From: a virus
Lineage: Duplodnaviria; Caudoviricetes
Virus record (IMG/VR): IMGVR_UViG_3300028048_003124
Strand: one strand, 5' to 3'
DNA: 64,000 nucleotides
Shown here: in pieces, positions 1 to 9,511 of the stretch
Position numbering within the stretch: the stretch's first letter is position 1
Layout: each line of letters opens with the position of its first letter
Translations under genes and position numbers: made by a program
Notes under the pieces: model-generated
Database searches by the model: none
What the model was told of the DNA's origin: nothing
The model's input: only the letters and a program-made list of their open reading frames with translations

Positions 1-1
1 T

Positions 2-607
2 GACGAACACAAGGCTTTAAAGTTAGCAGGAGATGCGACAACTGCTACTAATATTGTACTTGGTCACTCCGATTATTATATTGAGGGTGCCACTAACTGG
101 TATTCAGCTGGAAGTGATGTTGAGCTAAGTCAGTTAACAAATTTCAACGGGGTAGCACTAGTTTTTAGTGGTCATATCCATACTCCATCAGATGAGATGC
201 TATTTACTACTATAAAGAATGGAGATAGCATCGGCTTATTTTATTTAGGTTGTCCAACAAGAACTATGGAAAGATATGATGATTGTTGGTACACAAGGTT
301 TGAATATTGTGAAGCCGATGACGGTACTTGGTCTACTTCTTATGACTGCTTATTGATGGGTTTAGATCCTGCAGATGAGGTTTTCTACCCAGTAGAGAAG
401 TTTGTATCAAATGAGGAAGATTCTCCTGAAGCAGATAGGAAAGCAGAATCAGATAAGTTGACAGATATCGTCAAAGAGATTATGGATAGTCGGATTATGA
501 CTGGCGATCTGAACAGACAGATCGACATGGTACCAGGGGTATCTTCAAAGGTAAAAAAGATTGCTAAAGACTATGTAGAGAAAGCTACAAAGTCTATAAG
601 TAAATAA
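2..607 (+). CDS. Mre11/SbcD-like metallophosphoesterase nuclease, 5'-truncated by the window edge
   Basis: Frame is open from base 2: DEHKALKLAGDATTATNIVLGHSDYY...VALVFSGHIHTP...FYLGCPTR. GH, SGHIH and YxGxP motifs match SbcD/Mre11. A Rad50 C-terminal half lies downstream. Confidence 0.75.
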   Translation, partial: DEHKALKLAGDATTATNIVLGHSDYYIEGATNWYSAGSDVELSQLTNFNGVALVFSGHIHTPSDEMLFTTIKNGDSIGLFYLGCPTRTMERYDDCWYTRFEYCEADDGTWSTSYDCLLMGLDPADEVFYPVEKFVSNEEDSPEADRKAESDKLTDIVKEIMDSRIMTGDLNRQIDMVPGVSSKVKKIAKDYVEKATKSISK

Positions 608-625
608 TTAGAGAGGATAGATAAT

Positions 626-1201
626 ATGAATACTTCACAGGTAAAGGAACTCAATGAGAGAATTGAGAACATTAGAACTCAGCGTACAAAAGCTGATACA
701 AAAAGAGAGATGCTTCTTTCTACTTTAAAGAAGCAGCTCGAAGAGTATGAAAAACTCTATGGGGTAAGACTTGGAGGAAAGTCTTTCAAGTCGATAGTAT
801 CGGCTGTTGGAGCGGAGAAAGAAAAGGTAGAAAACAGCATCAGAGAAGAGTATGAACTCAAGCTAAAGGTGGTTGAGGCTATTGAATCTGGTGATATTGA
901 TATGGCAAACAGTCTGCTTGGTATTACCAGCAATACCGATGACGAAGAAGATGCCGAAGAAGAGGTAATCGAAGAAACATCTTCCAATAACGATACTGAT
1001 CTACTCCCTGAGGATGATGATCTAGACGATGATTGGAACTTAGAGGTTGAAGATGAGCCTGAGAAACCTATCTCCCCGAATGTAAGCGTGGCTTCTACTG
1101 TAGATGATATGGTGGATGAGCTTGATGGGGTTACTGTTGAGGATGATGACGACGATTTTGGTTTTGGGGATATTCTCGCAGGCTCTAAGTTCGATATCTG
1201 A
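626..1201 (+). CDS. Hypothetical protein, N-terminal coiled coil with highly acidic C-terminal tail
   Basis: 191-aa ORF with SD (GAGG); heptad-rich N-half and D/E-rich tail; sits inside the repair operon. Confidence 0.8.
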   Translation: MNTSQVKELNERIENIRTQRTKADTKREMLLSTLKKQLEEYEKLYGVRLGGKSFKSIVSAVGAEKEKVENSIREEYELKLKVVEAIESGDIDMANSLLGITSNTDDEEDAEEEVIEETSSNNDTDLLPEDDDLDDDWNLEVEDEPEKPISPNVSVASTVDDMVDELDGVTVEDDDDDFGFGDILAGSKFDI

Positions 1202-1218
1202 TGTAGGAGTTGATTGAT

Positions 1219-2373
1219 ATGAAGAAAATTACTTTAAGCTTTGAAGAGCTAAATAAGGTTTTAGGTTATATATACACAATCCTGTCAGATAAGTCTGTTG
1301 AGGATAAAAGTAAGAATGTAATCTTCCTTGTAAGAGATGATGTAGTAACCTTAGTAGGGTACAATCAGGTTACCTTTAGTAGAACTACATTAGAGGAGGC
1401 TTCTGTAGAAGATATCCCCGAAGATGGTTGGGAATTTCAGGTCAAGTCCAGTGAGCTTTCTAAGATTATGTCTGCTTACTCCAATCTTTTTAAAACAAAG
1501 GTAGAAAAGGTAGACTTTGAGGAAAATGGTGTTCGTACAAGAATTACTGTTCATGAGGTTCCTGTTGATAGTGAGAAAGACGCCAGATTAGCACAGGATA
1601 GTATCTTCGACGTTGAGAATGCTCCTATCATGAATAAAATTCTCAACGACATTAAGACTGAGTTTCCTGCTGAGAATAACTCAGTTGTTTGTACTGATTT
1701 ACTTTTATACATCAGCTCTTTGATGCCCTTGATGTCCAATGATAGTGCTAACTCTACTGCAAGTAAGCTAAACTTTGCTGAAGATTATGTGTTTACTATG
1801 AGTTCGAGTGCGAGTGCTTTCTTCCAAAACAGGTTAAATGACGAATTCAAGGGTATTACGCTTGGGTATTCAAGTGTGAGTTTCCTAAAAAAGATGTGCG
1901 AGGGTACTGATTACATTGCTGTAGCACGAAATAAGAATTACCTTTGCATCGAGTCTGGAAATACCCAGGCGTTCATGAGATACAAGCCTATTAAGATTAA
2001 CTATAAGGCGTATATTCAGAGAAGAAGTAAAGAGAAGGGTATCGTTGTAGACAGATTGTATATGAAGGACGTTTTAAGACGTATGAGCGGTATTGCCGTA
2101 GATGGCAAGATGTCTGTAGAGAGTAACGATGCTCTTGTTGTAACGAATGAAGTATTCCAGCAAGAGGTACCGCTTGAAAATTGTAAGGATGGTACAGTTG
2201 GTATACACTTCAAGATTTCTATTCCGATTTTAACATCGCTTATACTCGGAAGTGATGAGGTCTTTGCGAGTAATTTGTTTATTTACTTTGTAGAGACTAC
2301 CAGAAGTTATATCCTTTATATTCAGGATAAAACTGGAGCTTGGTTTGCAAGTACACAGGCAGCTAAGTCCTAA
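1219..2373 (+). CDS. DNA polymerase sliding clamp (DnaN/beta-clamp-like)
   Basis: ~385 aa with a three-domain alpha/beta pattern (ITLSFEELNKVLGYI...; IVVDRLYMKDVLRRMSGI...; FKISIPILTSLI) resembling DnaN. SD AGGAG precedes ATG 1219. Confidence 0.65.
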   Translation: MKKITLSFEELNKVLGYIYTILSDKSVEDKSKNVIFLVRDDVVTLVGYNQVTFSRTTLEEASVEDIPEDGWEFQVKSSELSKIMSAYSNLFKTKVEKVDFEENGVRTRITVHEVPVDSEKDARLAQDSIFDVENAPIMNKILNDIKTEFPAENNSVVCTDLLLYISSLMPLMSNDSANSTASKLNFAEDYVFTMSSSASAFFQNRLNDEFKGITLGYSSVSFLKKMCEGTDYIAVARNKNYLCIESGNTQAFMRYKPIKINYKAYIQRRSKEKGIVVDRLYMKDVLRRMSGIAVDGKMSVESNDALVVTNEVFQQEVPLENCKDGTVGIHFKISIPILTSLILGSDEVFASNLFIYFVETTRSYILYIQDKTGAWFASTQAAKS

Positions 2374-2385
2374 TAGGAGGTTTAT

Positions 2386-3162
2386 ATGGTAAGCACTAAA
2401 CCTATAGAAGATATAATTTCAGAGGGTTTTTATGCCACAAATATTGGCATGATTCAAAGAGCTCTGATAGAAAGAAACAAGTTGGAGAGTAGGGAGGCTA
2501 CTTTATCAAAAGAACTTGTTGACTCTCAGACTCTTTATGTAAATATGTTAGATGCTCAGAAGCTTTTGAGTGCAGTATCTGATGAGAATACCAACAAAAC
2601 TCTAGATTTCATCACAGGAATGGTAAATAAGGTGTTATCTGAGATGTTTGTAACTGATACACCTCATATTAACCTATCCAAGAGGCTATATGCTGGTAGT
2701 AAGCCCCACATCAATGTAGAGCTAATTGATGGTAGTGGAAATTCATTAGACATGGCTCTACAGAGTGGAGCGGGTATCTCTCAGGTTGTAAGCTTTATGT
2801 ATGCTATTTGTCTAATCGAGATCAGAAAGGGTAGACGTTTACTTATTCTTGATGAAAGATTGAATGGTTTGCATAAAGAGGCAAAACGTATCCTAAGTGA
2901 GGTAATACGTATTTTTGCTAAGGGTGGTTTCCAGTTTATCTTCGTTGAGTATGGTTTGAATGATGTTGGTAAAATCTACAATGTTGAAAAACGTGGAGAC
3001 GAATCGAGAATCGTAAGCCTTGAAGATGGTCAAACCTACACAGACGAAACTATCTTCCTCGGAGACGTTGACCTTTCTGTGTTAGAGGAAGGCAAAGATG
3101 ACAACGCTGAGGAAGTAAGCAGTGATGTTGACGATATCGATTTAGGTGACTTTTCTCTATGA
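2386..3162 (+). CDS. Rad50/SbcC-like ABC ATPase, C-terminal half only (split gene)
   Basis: Coiled coil, then signature-like LQSGAG, Walker B LLILDE and D-loop LNGLH. No Walker A in this ORF. Confidence 0.75.
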   Translation: MVSTKPIEDIISEGFYATNIGMIQRALIERNKLESREATLSKELVDSQTLYVNMLDAQKLLSAVSDENTNKTLDFITGMVNKVLSEMFVTDTPHINLSKRLYAGSKPHINVELIDGSGNSLDMALQSGAGISQVVSFMYAICLIEIRKGRRLLILDERLNGLHKEAKRILSEVIRIFAKGGFQFIFVEYGLNDVGKIYNVEKRGDESRIVSLEDGQTYTDETIFLGDVDLSVLEEGKDDNAEEVSSDVDDIDLGDFSL

Positions 3163-3198
3163 TTTATTGCTAACAACTCATATTATATATCTTCAGAA

Positions 3199-3236
3199 AG
3201 ATGACATCAGCTTTTCAAAAGTTGGTGTCATTTTTC
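3199..3236 (+). terminator. Intrinsic terminator
   Basis: AGATGACATCAGC / GTTGGTGTCATTT stem followed by a T-run, after the repair operon. Confidence 0.75.
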
Positions 3237-3265
3237 TTAATTATACAATATTTGTATAGATTATC

Positions 3266-3294
3266 TTGCAAAAACAGTAGACATATGGTATAAT
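3266..3294 (+). promoter_or_regulatory. SigA-type promoter (TTGCAA-N17-TATAAT, extended TG)
   Basis: ttgcaa 3266-3271, tataat 3289-3294, 17-bp spacer. Confidence 0.75.
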
Positions 3295-3324
3295 ATACTA
3301 AAGAATTATTAGGTGGTATCTTTT

Positions 3325-4080
3325 ATGAACAAGAGTAGCTTATCACTAATCAAGAGGGTAATTTACGCTGTAAATAAGTACGCGAAGAACTACTATCTAA
3401 CGGGTAAGGCTGTCTTGTTGCTTAACGATGAAAAATCTACAGAGTTATTAAGACATCATACATTAGAATATGTTTGTATAAGAGAACACTTTGCAGGTAT
3501 TAACCTGAAAAACGCTGTAAATGAAGAATTTTTCGGAAATGTTAGTGTTGTCTTGGTCAAAGAGTCAGATAACGTAAAACATTACCAGATAAAACGCAAA
3601 GAAGAGTGTGTCAACATCTTTGTAACTTTCTATGATAGCGAGAAAGATGTCATCTCCTCATATAACTTTGATGATATATGGAGGTATGTAGACGTCGGGG
3701 ATAAACTGATAGATTTACTATCTTATGCGGATAATCAAGATATACTTTCTCTTTTCCAGAAAGGTTGGCACAATGTAAGACCTTATAGTTCAGAAGAGAA
3801 CTATTGGGTATGCTGTATGTGCGATGCTTTTATCTTTGCTGAGAGTTATTTCAGATTTCTAGAACACAAGGGTATAGATGACTTATACTGTTTATTGACG
3901 CTATATAGTTATGTGCCAATAGGTTTAAAGTTTGATAGCAAGGGTAACTCTTTAGATTGTGCAATACGCAGAATGGGTGAGGAAGAGTTAATAAACCTAA
4001 TACATAGAAAAGCCCACCCAGATGATATAGAATACATGGTAAAGTTATTAGAGAAGACATTCTTCAACAAATTTGTGTAA
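3325..4080 (+). CDS. Degenerate AbiEii/DUF1814-like nucleotidyltransferase-fold protein (paralogue 1)
   Basis: YYLTGKAVLL resembles F/YxLxGGTAL; C-terminal DDLYCL resembles RDLYDL; catalytic DxD is absent. Confidence 0.5.
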   Translation: MNKSSLSLIKRVIYAVNKYAKNYYLTGKAVLLLNDEKSTELLRHHTLEYVCIREHFAGINLKNAVNEEFFGNVSVVLVKESDNVKHYQIKRKEECVNIFVTFYDSEKDVISSYNFDDIWRYVDVGDKLIDLLSYADNQDILSLFQKGWHNVRPYSSEENYWVCCMCDAFIFAESYFRFLEHKGIDDLYCLLTLYSYVPIGLKFDSKGNSLDCAIRRMGEEELINLIHRKAHPDDIEYMVKLLEKTFFNKFV

Positions 4081-4090
4081 GGTGATTGCA

Positions 4091-4750
4091 ATGAAAAACT
4101 ATTTAGATATTAAGGAAATGCTCGTTAAATTGATGGATACAGACAGTAGGTACTACTACCTAAATGGTAACAGTGCTTTGTATTTTGCCTATCGATCAAT
4201 ACAAGAACCAGATGGTATCGAGTACTTGGCTCGTGTTGAAGATGGTGACCAGCCCATCTATGAGAAAAATGATTTAGAGGCAACATTGTCTAGATTGAAG
4301 CGTCGATTTGACAATATGTCTTACAAGATTTATACAAAAAACAAGAATGAGGCTCTCTATCTTGTAGAGGTAGACGGGGTATTTGCTTTTTCCGCAGAGG
4401 TAAAATTCTGCCTATCAGATAAGGACATTTACCGAAAGACTGATTATGTCAATTCTTTTAGAACTGTAAAAGTAACCTCTTTATACGACAAAGCTCTTAA
4501 GGACTGTGAAGAGAAGTATAAGGCTGGTACTTTGTCTTATGCAAACCTATACAGGGTATGTTTTATACTATGTTCTTTTGAAGACATGTTAGGAAAGTTG
4601 CAAATACGAAGATCTAAAAAGCTGTTAAATTCAATAGGTGAGCAGGGTATGAGAGATTGCATTTTTAATGATAAAACAGAAACTGCAGCTAAGAAAGAGA
4701 TACTCGACTCATACGTTAACATATTGGTTTCTAGATATAATTTAAAATAA
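4091..4750 (+). CDS. Degenerate AbiEii/DUF1814-like protein (paralogue 2)
   Basis: YYLNGNSALYFAYRSIQEPDGIEY aligns to LxGGTALxLxY..RxSxDIDF; later ANLYRVCFIL. Confidence 0.55.
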   Translation: MKNYLDIKEMLVKLMDTDSRYYYLNGNSALYFAYRSIQEPDGIEYLARVEDGDQPIYEKNDLEATLSRLKRRFDNMSYKIYTKNKNEALYLVEVDGVFAFSAEVKFCLSDKDIYRKTDYVNSFRTVKVTSLYDKALKDCEEKYKAGTLSYANLYRVCFILCSFEDMLGKLQIRRSKKLLNSIGEQGMRDCIFNDKTETAAKKEILDSYVNILVSRYNLK

Positions 4751-4764
4751 AGGAGAGAAGAACC

Positions 4765-5414
4765 GTGGCTAACGATTACAATAATAAATATGCAAAGTAT
4801 AAGGCAATGTCAGAGATTTTACATATCATTACTCAAAGTTATGATAGATACTTTTTAATTGGTAACTCTGCTGTCTTTTATGCCTATGGTGGTAAGAAAG
4901 AGGTGTATGATACCTTAGAGTACGATGCCTACTATGATGATGAGAGCTTAGAAAACACTTTCAAAGCGTACATCAAGGACTATCTGGGTTGTGATCTACG
5001 AGTAGTAAGGAGAACTGAAAGCAAGGGTATTTATCACGTTTTCAGAGATGGTATCAGACTCTGCAAGATCGTAGTAAATTACTACAACTGTCTACCCGAA
5101 GTGGGTATGGGAGCCTACTATGGGTACATCAGAACTGTAAACGGAAGCAAGGTAATCAACTCTTTGATGAACAGCTGGAAGGTAAAGAAAGATGTTTTAA
5201 CACTGTATAATCTTTACTATATGTTTAGTGTTCATTCCTATACGATAAACACCCATTACTTTAAAAAGGTGCGCAATATGCTTAAAAGTACGGTCTTTCT
5301 CGTATCGAGAATTTGTTAAGAACAGATAGTACAACAAGGTTAACAGAAGATAAATATACAGAGGTGCTTACATTCTGTAAAAATGCTGTAAGCGGTTCAA
5401 TAGTAGGAAAGTAG
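4765..5414 (+). pseudogene. Degenerate AbiEii-like protein (paralogue 3) with an apparent 1-nt frameshift at the A4 run 5284-5287
   Basis: YFLIGNSAVFYAYG...DTLEYD. Adding one A gives ...MLKKYGLSRIENLLRTDSTTRLTEDKYTEVLTFCKNAVSGSIVGK* (stop 5412-5414), which matches the paralogue C-termini. Uncorrected, the ORF ends at 5319. May be a sequencing error. Confidence 0.5.
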
Positions 5415-5425
5415 GGTATTTATAA

Positions 5426-6580
5426 ATGAGTCAAAGAAAACTCAGGGGTTATTTTGGTGATACTGTTGTATCGTACCAAATTATAGATAAAGGTCATTTA
5501 ATAATGCACGGTGTTGATAGCATTGACGGCTTAAAAACTATCTTGTTAAAACTCAGTAACAAGTACAATGAGAGTTTGAAAAGCTACATAGAAAACAATG
5601 TAGTATTGCTAGGCTGTACGGATGGTAGTGATGAGAACTACACAAGATTACTAAACCTACAGGGCGTTTCTGTAAAAGAGAAGACTAGAGTAGTCTTATC
5701 AAGTGGTAGGTACTTAGAAATGCTTATCAAAGAGGGTAGTATAGCAGTTGGCGATACGTTCAAGAGGGTAATTTCTGATAGAAATAAATACAGTAACGAC
5801 ATCCTATCAAGCGTATATGATACTTCTTTCGACACTGAAGCTTGGGTATGTGGATGCTTTGCTTGCTGTGGGACGTATGGTAATTCCTTTGTAACAATAT
5901 CTTTTACAAATGATATGTTAGATGTCATGTATAGAATGAAGGATTTCTTTACAGAATTAGGATATGAAACAGTGGTAAGACATCAAAAAAGAGGTAACCT
6001 AAGAGGAGATTACTGGGATTTCAGGGTGTTAAAGCCCTACAATGTAGTTAATGCTTTCAATAGCTTTTTCAGCGGAAGTCTTATACCTGATAGAAGAATA
6101 CCTAGTAAAGTGTATTCATGGTCTAGAGGTAGGATACTGAGTTTCCTAGCAGGTATCGTGGATATGCGTGGATCAATAACGCAAAGAGTACATGGTGACA
6201 GGGTAGAGCTTGTAGGTATCAATAAGGTACTAAATTGGCAGATTGCCGACTTGTTTAGAAAAATAGGGTACAATGTAAACGTGTACTACAGGGATAATTC
6301 TAAACAGAAAGGTAGAAAAACTCAAAGTGGATATGAGAGTACCTTAAAAGATGGTAACTCAGTATACTTTATCCATACCCCTGAGCTTTCTCATTTCTGC
6401 CAGAGCTCAAAGAAACAATGTCAGAAGCAATCTCCTGACAGAAGTTTTGACAGGATTGCAAAGGATGAGAGCAAGGTAAGGAAGGTACAAAGCGTAGAAC
6501 TCAAGGATGCAGAGGTAGCCTACCTGTTAGATACCGAGTGTGGTCATTTTACGGCAAATATGGTAGAAGTTCAAACATAA
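5426..6580 (+). CDS. Free-standing intein-derived protein (Hint domain + LAGLIDADG endonuclease domain), splice motifs degenerate
   Basis: Block A-like GYFGDTVV; block B-like RVVLSSGRYLEM; LAGLIDADG helices AWVCGCFACCGT and SFLAGIVDMRGSI; block F/G-like VAYLLDTECGHFTANMVEVQT*. Confidence 0.7.
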   Translation: MSQRKLRGYFGDTVVSYQIIDKGHLIMHGVDSIDGLKTILLKLSNKYNESLKSYIENNVVLLGCTDGSDENYTRLLNLQGVSVKEKTRVVLSSGRYLEMLIKEGSIAVGDTFKRVISDRNKYSNDILSSVYDTSFDTEAWVCGCFACCGTYGNSFVTISFTNDMLDVMYRMKDFFTELGYETVVRHQKRGNLRGDYWDFRVLKPYNVVNAFNSFFSGSLIPDRRIPSKVYSWSRGRILSFLAGIVDMRGSITQRVHGDRVELVGINKVLNWQIADLFRKIGYNVNVYYRDNSKQKGRKTQSGYESTLKDGNSVYFIHTPELSHFCQSSKKQCQKQSPDRSFDRIAKDESKVRKVQSVELKDAEVAYLLDTECGHFTANMVEVQT

Positions 6581-6651
6581 CGATAACCATAAGGCTGTTA
6601 AAAGGGAGATAGTCAGGGTAATTAAGATAAGGTTGCCAGTATGGTTAAGGA

Positions 6652-7506
6652 GTGAACATTTTGTATAGTAAGCACGTAGTAAGTAAGAATATAACAAAGA
6701 AGGGTATTACCTTAAACAATAGTGTTATATCTTTAGAGATGGACGGATTTAACAGAAAAGATAGAGATGTTTTTATCTCAGTACATAATCTTTTATTTAA
6801 TAAGAAGCTGTCTTTTAACACGCCAGCAATAAGTATAGAGTATAGTTTAACAGATGATAAAAGTACTTCAAATGAAAAAGACTTTATCTGTGGAGATACC
6901 AAAGTAGATAAAGGAGAGTACAGAAAGCTGTCCATACTAAGAGATGATGTAACGGTAGGAAACGTACTCCAGGGTATTGGAAAATACAAGGGTTATTATA
7001 ACCTTGTATTATCTGGTGACTATGATAGTCTTGGTCTTGTGGTCAGAGATGCTAAATATGGCGTACAGATCGATAGCTTTGGTGAGGTATTAAAAGCATC
7101 GGTTTTCTCGGAAGATACAAATACTGTCGGAGAGACAGTAGGAGATACGGTGTCAAATACTGTAGGTAAGGTTGCTGAGATTATATTTTTACCGTTCGGA
7201 ACAAAAGAAGTGGGTAAGTACTCAGCTTATGCTTTATACTATAATAACGATTATGTATCTTGTAAGACGATGTATCTACTGGTAGCTTTATTTGAGTTAT
7301 TACTGGCAGATAATAAACTTTATGCAAGGAAAGATTACAACAAGTGCATAAACTATGATTTTGTCGTAGCCCATTACGGATCTGAAGAGAAGTATAATCT
7401 GATTAACTGGGTAGCAACGGTGCGATCAGAAATACTTTCCAAAAGATATGAATGTGCCAGTAACTTTAAGAAACTGCTGATGAGGTTAAAGATTATAAAT
7501 AGATAA
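6652..7506 (+). CDS. Hypothetical protein (paralogue of 7605-8402)
   Basis: 284-aa ORF; C-terminal YALYY...MYLLVALFE...INYDFVVAHYG resembles the neighbouring gene. Confidence 0.75.
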   Translation: MNILYSKHVVSKNITKKGITLNNSVISLEMDGFNRKDRDVFISVHNLLFNKKLSFNTPAISIEYSLTDDKSTSNEKDFICGDTKVDKGEYRKLSILRDDVTVGNVLQGIGKYKGYYNLVLSGDYDSLGLVVRDAKYGVQIDSFGEVLKASVFSEDTNTVGETVGDTVSNTVGKVAEIIFLPFGTKEVGKYSAYALYYNNDYVSCKTMYLLVALFELLLADNKLYARKDYNKCINYDFVVAHYGSEEKYNLINWVATVRSEILSKRYECASNFKKLLMRLKIINR

Positions 7507-7513
7507 TTATTTT

Positions 7514-7547
7514 AACGCCTATCTGTTTAGGAATGGTGGGCGTTTTT
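7514..7547 (+). terminator. Intrinsic terminator
   Basis: AACGCCTATC / GGTGGGCGTT stem followed by TTT. Confidence 0.6.
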
Positions 7548-7604
7548 CTATGATTAAAATAAATTTACTTAGGTTATTTTAAACTATGATTGGAGAGTTG
7601 TCAA

Positions 7605-8402
7605 ATGACTGTTATGGGTACTGGTAAATACGTTATAGAGAAAACAATAAGAAGTACTGATGATATAAAAAAGGTTACTCTTAGGTTAATGAGGTCAGGA
7701 TCTGAGTGCAGTAATCTTACTGTAACTGTAAAAGGAGAACGCTTGGTGTTCTCATGCGTTCCTTTATTCACTCCTTTATTTGGTGCTGATAAGAGCAATG
7801 ATCCGCTCATTCTTGGTACTTTTTTCAAGAACCCTAAGAGGGTGTATTTCGATGAAATCCGTCAAAATTGGGGCGGAATAGTCGGGATGGATTACTACGA
7901 AGGAAAAAGCGTAGAAGAGTGGGTATATGTAAAAAGCGATAAGTCCTTTTTTGGCAGAGTCCTAAGAGGTACAAATGAGGATTGTGGTAAGTATAGTTTA
8001 CAGATATCTAATAGAAAGTTCCTATACGCTCAATTCTTTAAGAACAGACATGTTTCTGATTGCATTCTTGTAGATGGAAATTATCAAAGATGTGCAGAAA
8101 TGTGGGGAGTAACTGATAGTGGTAGAAGGACAACATACAATGAATGGGTTGTGTACTATCCTATTGGTGGCATCTATGGGGTTACAGATATGATGTATAT
8201 CTTAGCCTTTAAAGAGGGTATGAATTTACTTAAAAAGATGTATGCATCTTCTTATATGCCAAAGGGTATTAAGGTAAGAGAGGAGTATACAACTATTGAT
8301 GATTACGCTTTTATTAAAAATCATTATGATATGAGTGATATTGATAAATTGCAGACCATACTAAAAAGTATGCTTAAATCTTACAGGGATAGCATGAGAT
8401 AA
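7605..8402 (+). CDS. Hypothetical protein (paralogue of 6652-7506)
   Basis: SD GGAG before ATG 7605; WVVYY...MMYILAFKE...IDDYAFIKNHYD. Confidence 0.75.
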   Translation: MTVMGTGKYVIEKTIRSTDDIKKVTLRLMRSGSECSNLTVTVKGERLVFSCVPLFTPLFGADKSNDPLILGTFFKNPKRVYFDEIRQNWGGIVGMDYYEGKSVEEWVYVKSDKSFFGRVLRGTNEDCGKYSLQISNRKFLYAQFFKNRHVSDCILVDGNYQRCAEMWGVTDSGRRTTYNEWVVYYPIGGIYGVTDMMYILAFKEGMNLLKKMYASSYMPKGIKVREEYTTIDDYAFIKNHYDMSDIDKLQTILKSMLKSYRDSMR

Positions 8403-8416
8403 GGAGGTAGAATACT

Positions 8417-8887
8417 ATGAATGTGATGGAGTCAGAGCGCAGGTTGGTTAAGAGCCTACGGAAGCTTGATAGTGCTTTGGTATCTTGCAGTAATAGAGGT
8501 AGTGATACCTATTTTGTAAATGCGTTTATATCTGAGAGTGTTGAACATTCAGGCGATGAGGTAGCTTGTAGGTTCTTACTAAAGGTAGGAGGAAGCAACC
8601 AATGGGTATACACTGGGTATAAGTTGGTTGGTAACAAGTTTATCTTAAACTCAATAAGTGGTTTACAGGCACTAAAAAGTGCTTTTGAAGATGTTGTCAA
8701 TGAAGCCATAAATTATGTAGATGATCTTGGGAAGAGTATAGACTTTATTGAGTTTACTCTGGTAGGGAAAGATGATTTAGTTGGTAGAGGAATAAAGATT
8801 ATACACAAGGGTATTTCCGAAAACCAGCTATCTTTCTTTATTTCGTATGGGGATGTGAAAAACAGAAACAGGGCGAGAGACTTTTAA
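8417..8887 (+). CDS. Hypothetical protein
   Basis: 156-aa ORF with strong SD AAGGAGG. Confidence 0.75.
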   Translation: MNVMESERRLVKSLRKLDSALVSCSNRGSDTYFVNAFISESVEHSGDEVACRFLLKVGGSNQWVYTGYKLVGNKFILNSISGLQALKSAFEDVVNEAINYVDDLGKSIDFIEFTLVGKDDLVGRGIKIIHKGISENQLSFFISYGDVKNRNRARDF

Positions 8888-8905
8888 GAAAGGTAAGGAA
8901 GGTAT

Positions 8906-9496
8906 ATGGATACAGTTTTAAGGTTATTAAATGAGTTTAGTCCTATGCTAAACTCATTTATTAATGATATTGAAAAAGAGCTAGTAATTCCAACAAATAG
9001 AAAGATATTTAGCATATCTGATATTGTTGTGGATGCAAAAAATAACGGTGATATTTTTATCGAGTTATATTTCAGAAGTAATGTAAAACCATATTCTGTA
9101 CAGTTAAATGCTGTGAGATTGGTGTACAAAGGTTTTGGTACTGAGAAGCCTTATATAGACGCTGGAAATATACAAGTAAAGGGTATGCTAAGCTCTGCTG
9201 ACATGGTCAACAAAATGCGTTATCTTGTAAGAGAGCGTAAAATTAGCGCAAATGGGTTAGCACAAAACTACCTAAATTATATGGGAGTTTACTTAGAAGA
9301 GTTAGGAATTCTTGCCAAAAGCATGGAGTTTGTTAACTTGTTGGTAGATATTCTTGAAAAGGTTGGAGTTTATGATATTTGCAAGTTATGGATTTCTCGA
9401 GTTAGCGGCGAAGAGAAACATATAGTTGGGTATCAAAACAAATCAATACCTTTTAAAGAGGGTATCAAGAATGCAATCGTGCTAGAAGTAAGATAA
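8906..9496 (+). CDS. Hypothetical protein
   Basis: 196-aa ORF with SD, operonic spacing. Confidence 0.75.
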   Translation: MDTVLRLLNEFSPMLNSFINDIEKELVIPTNRKIFSISDIVVDAKNNGDIFIELYFRSNVKPYSVQLNAVRLVYKGFGTEKPYIDAGNIQVKGMLSSADMVNKMRYLVRERKISANGLAQNYLNYMGVYLEELGILAKSMEFVNLLVDILEKVGVYDICKLWISRVSGEEKHIVGYQNKSIPFKEGIKNAIVLEVR

Positions 9497-9511
9497 TTCG
9501 GGGGATAGGCT

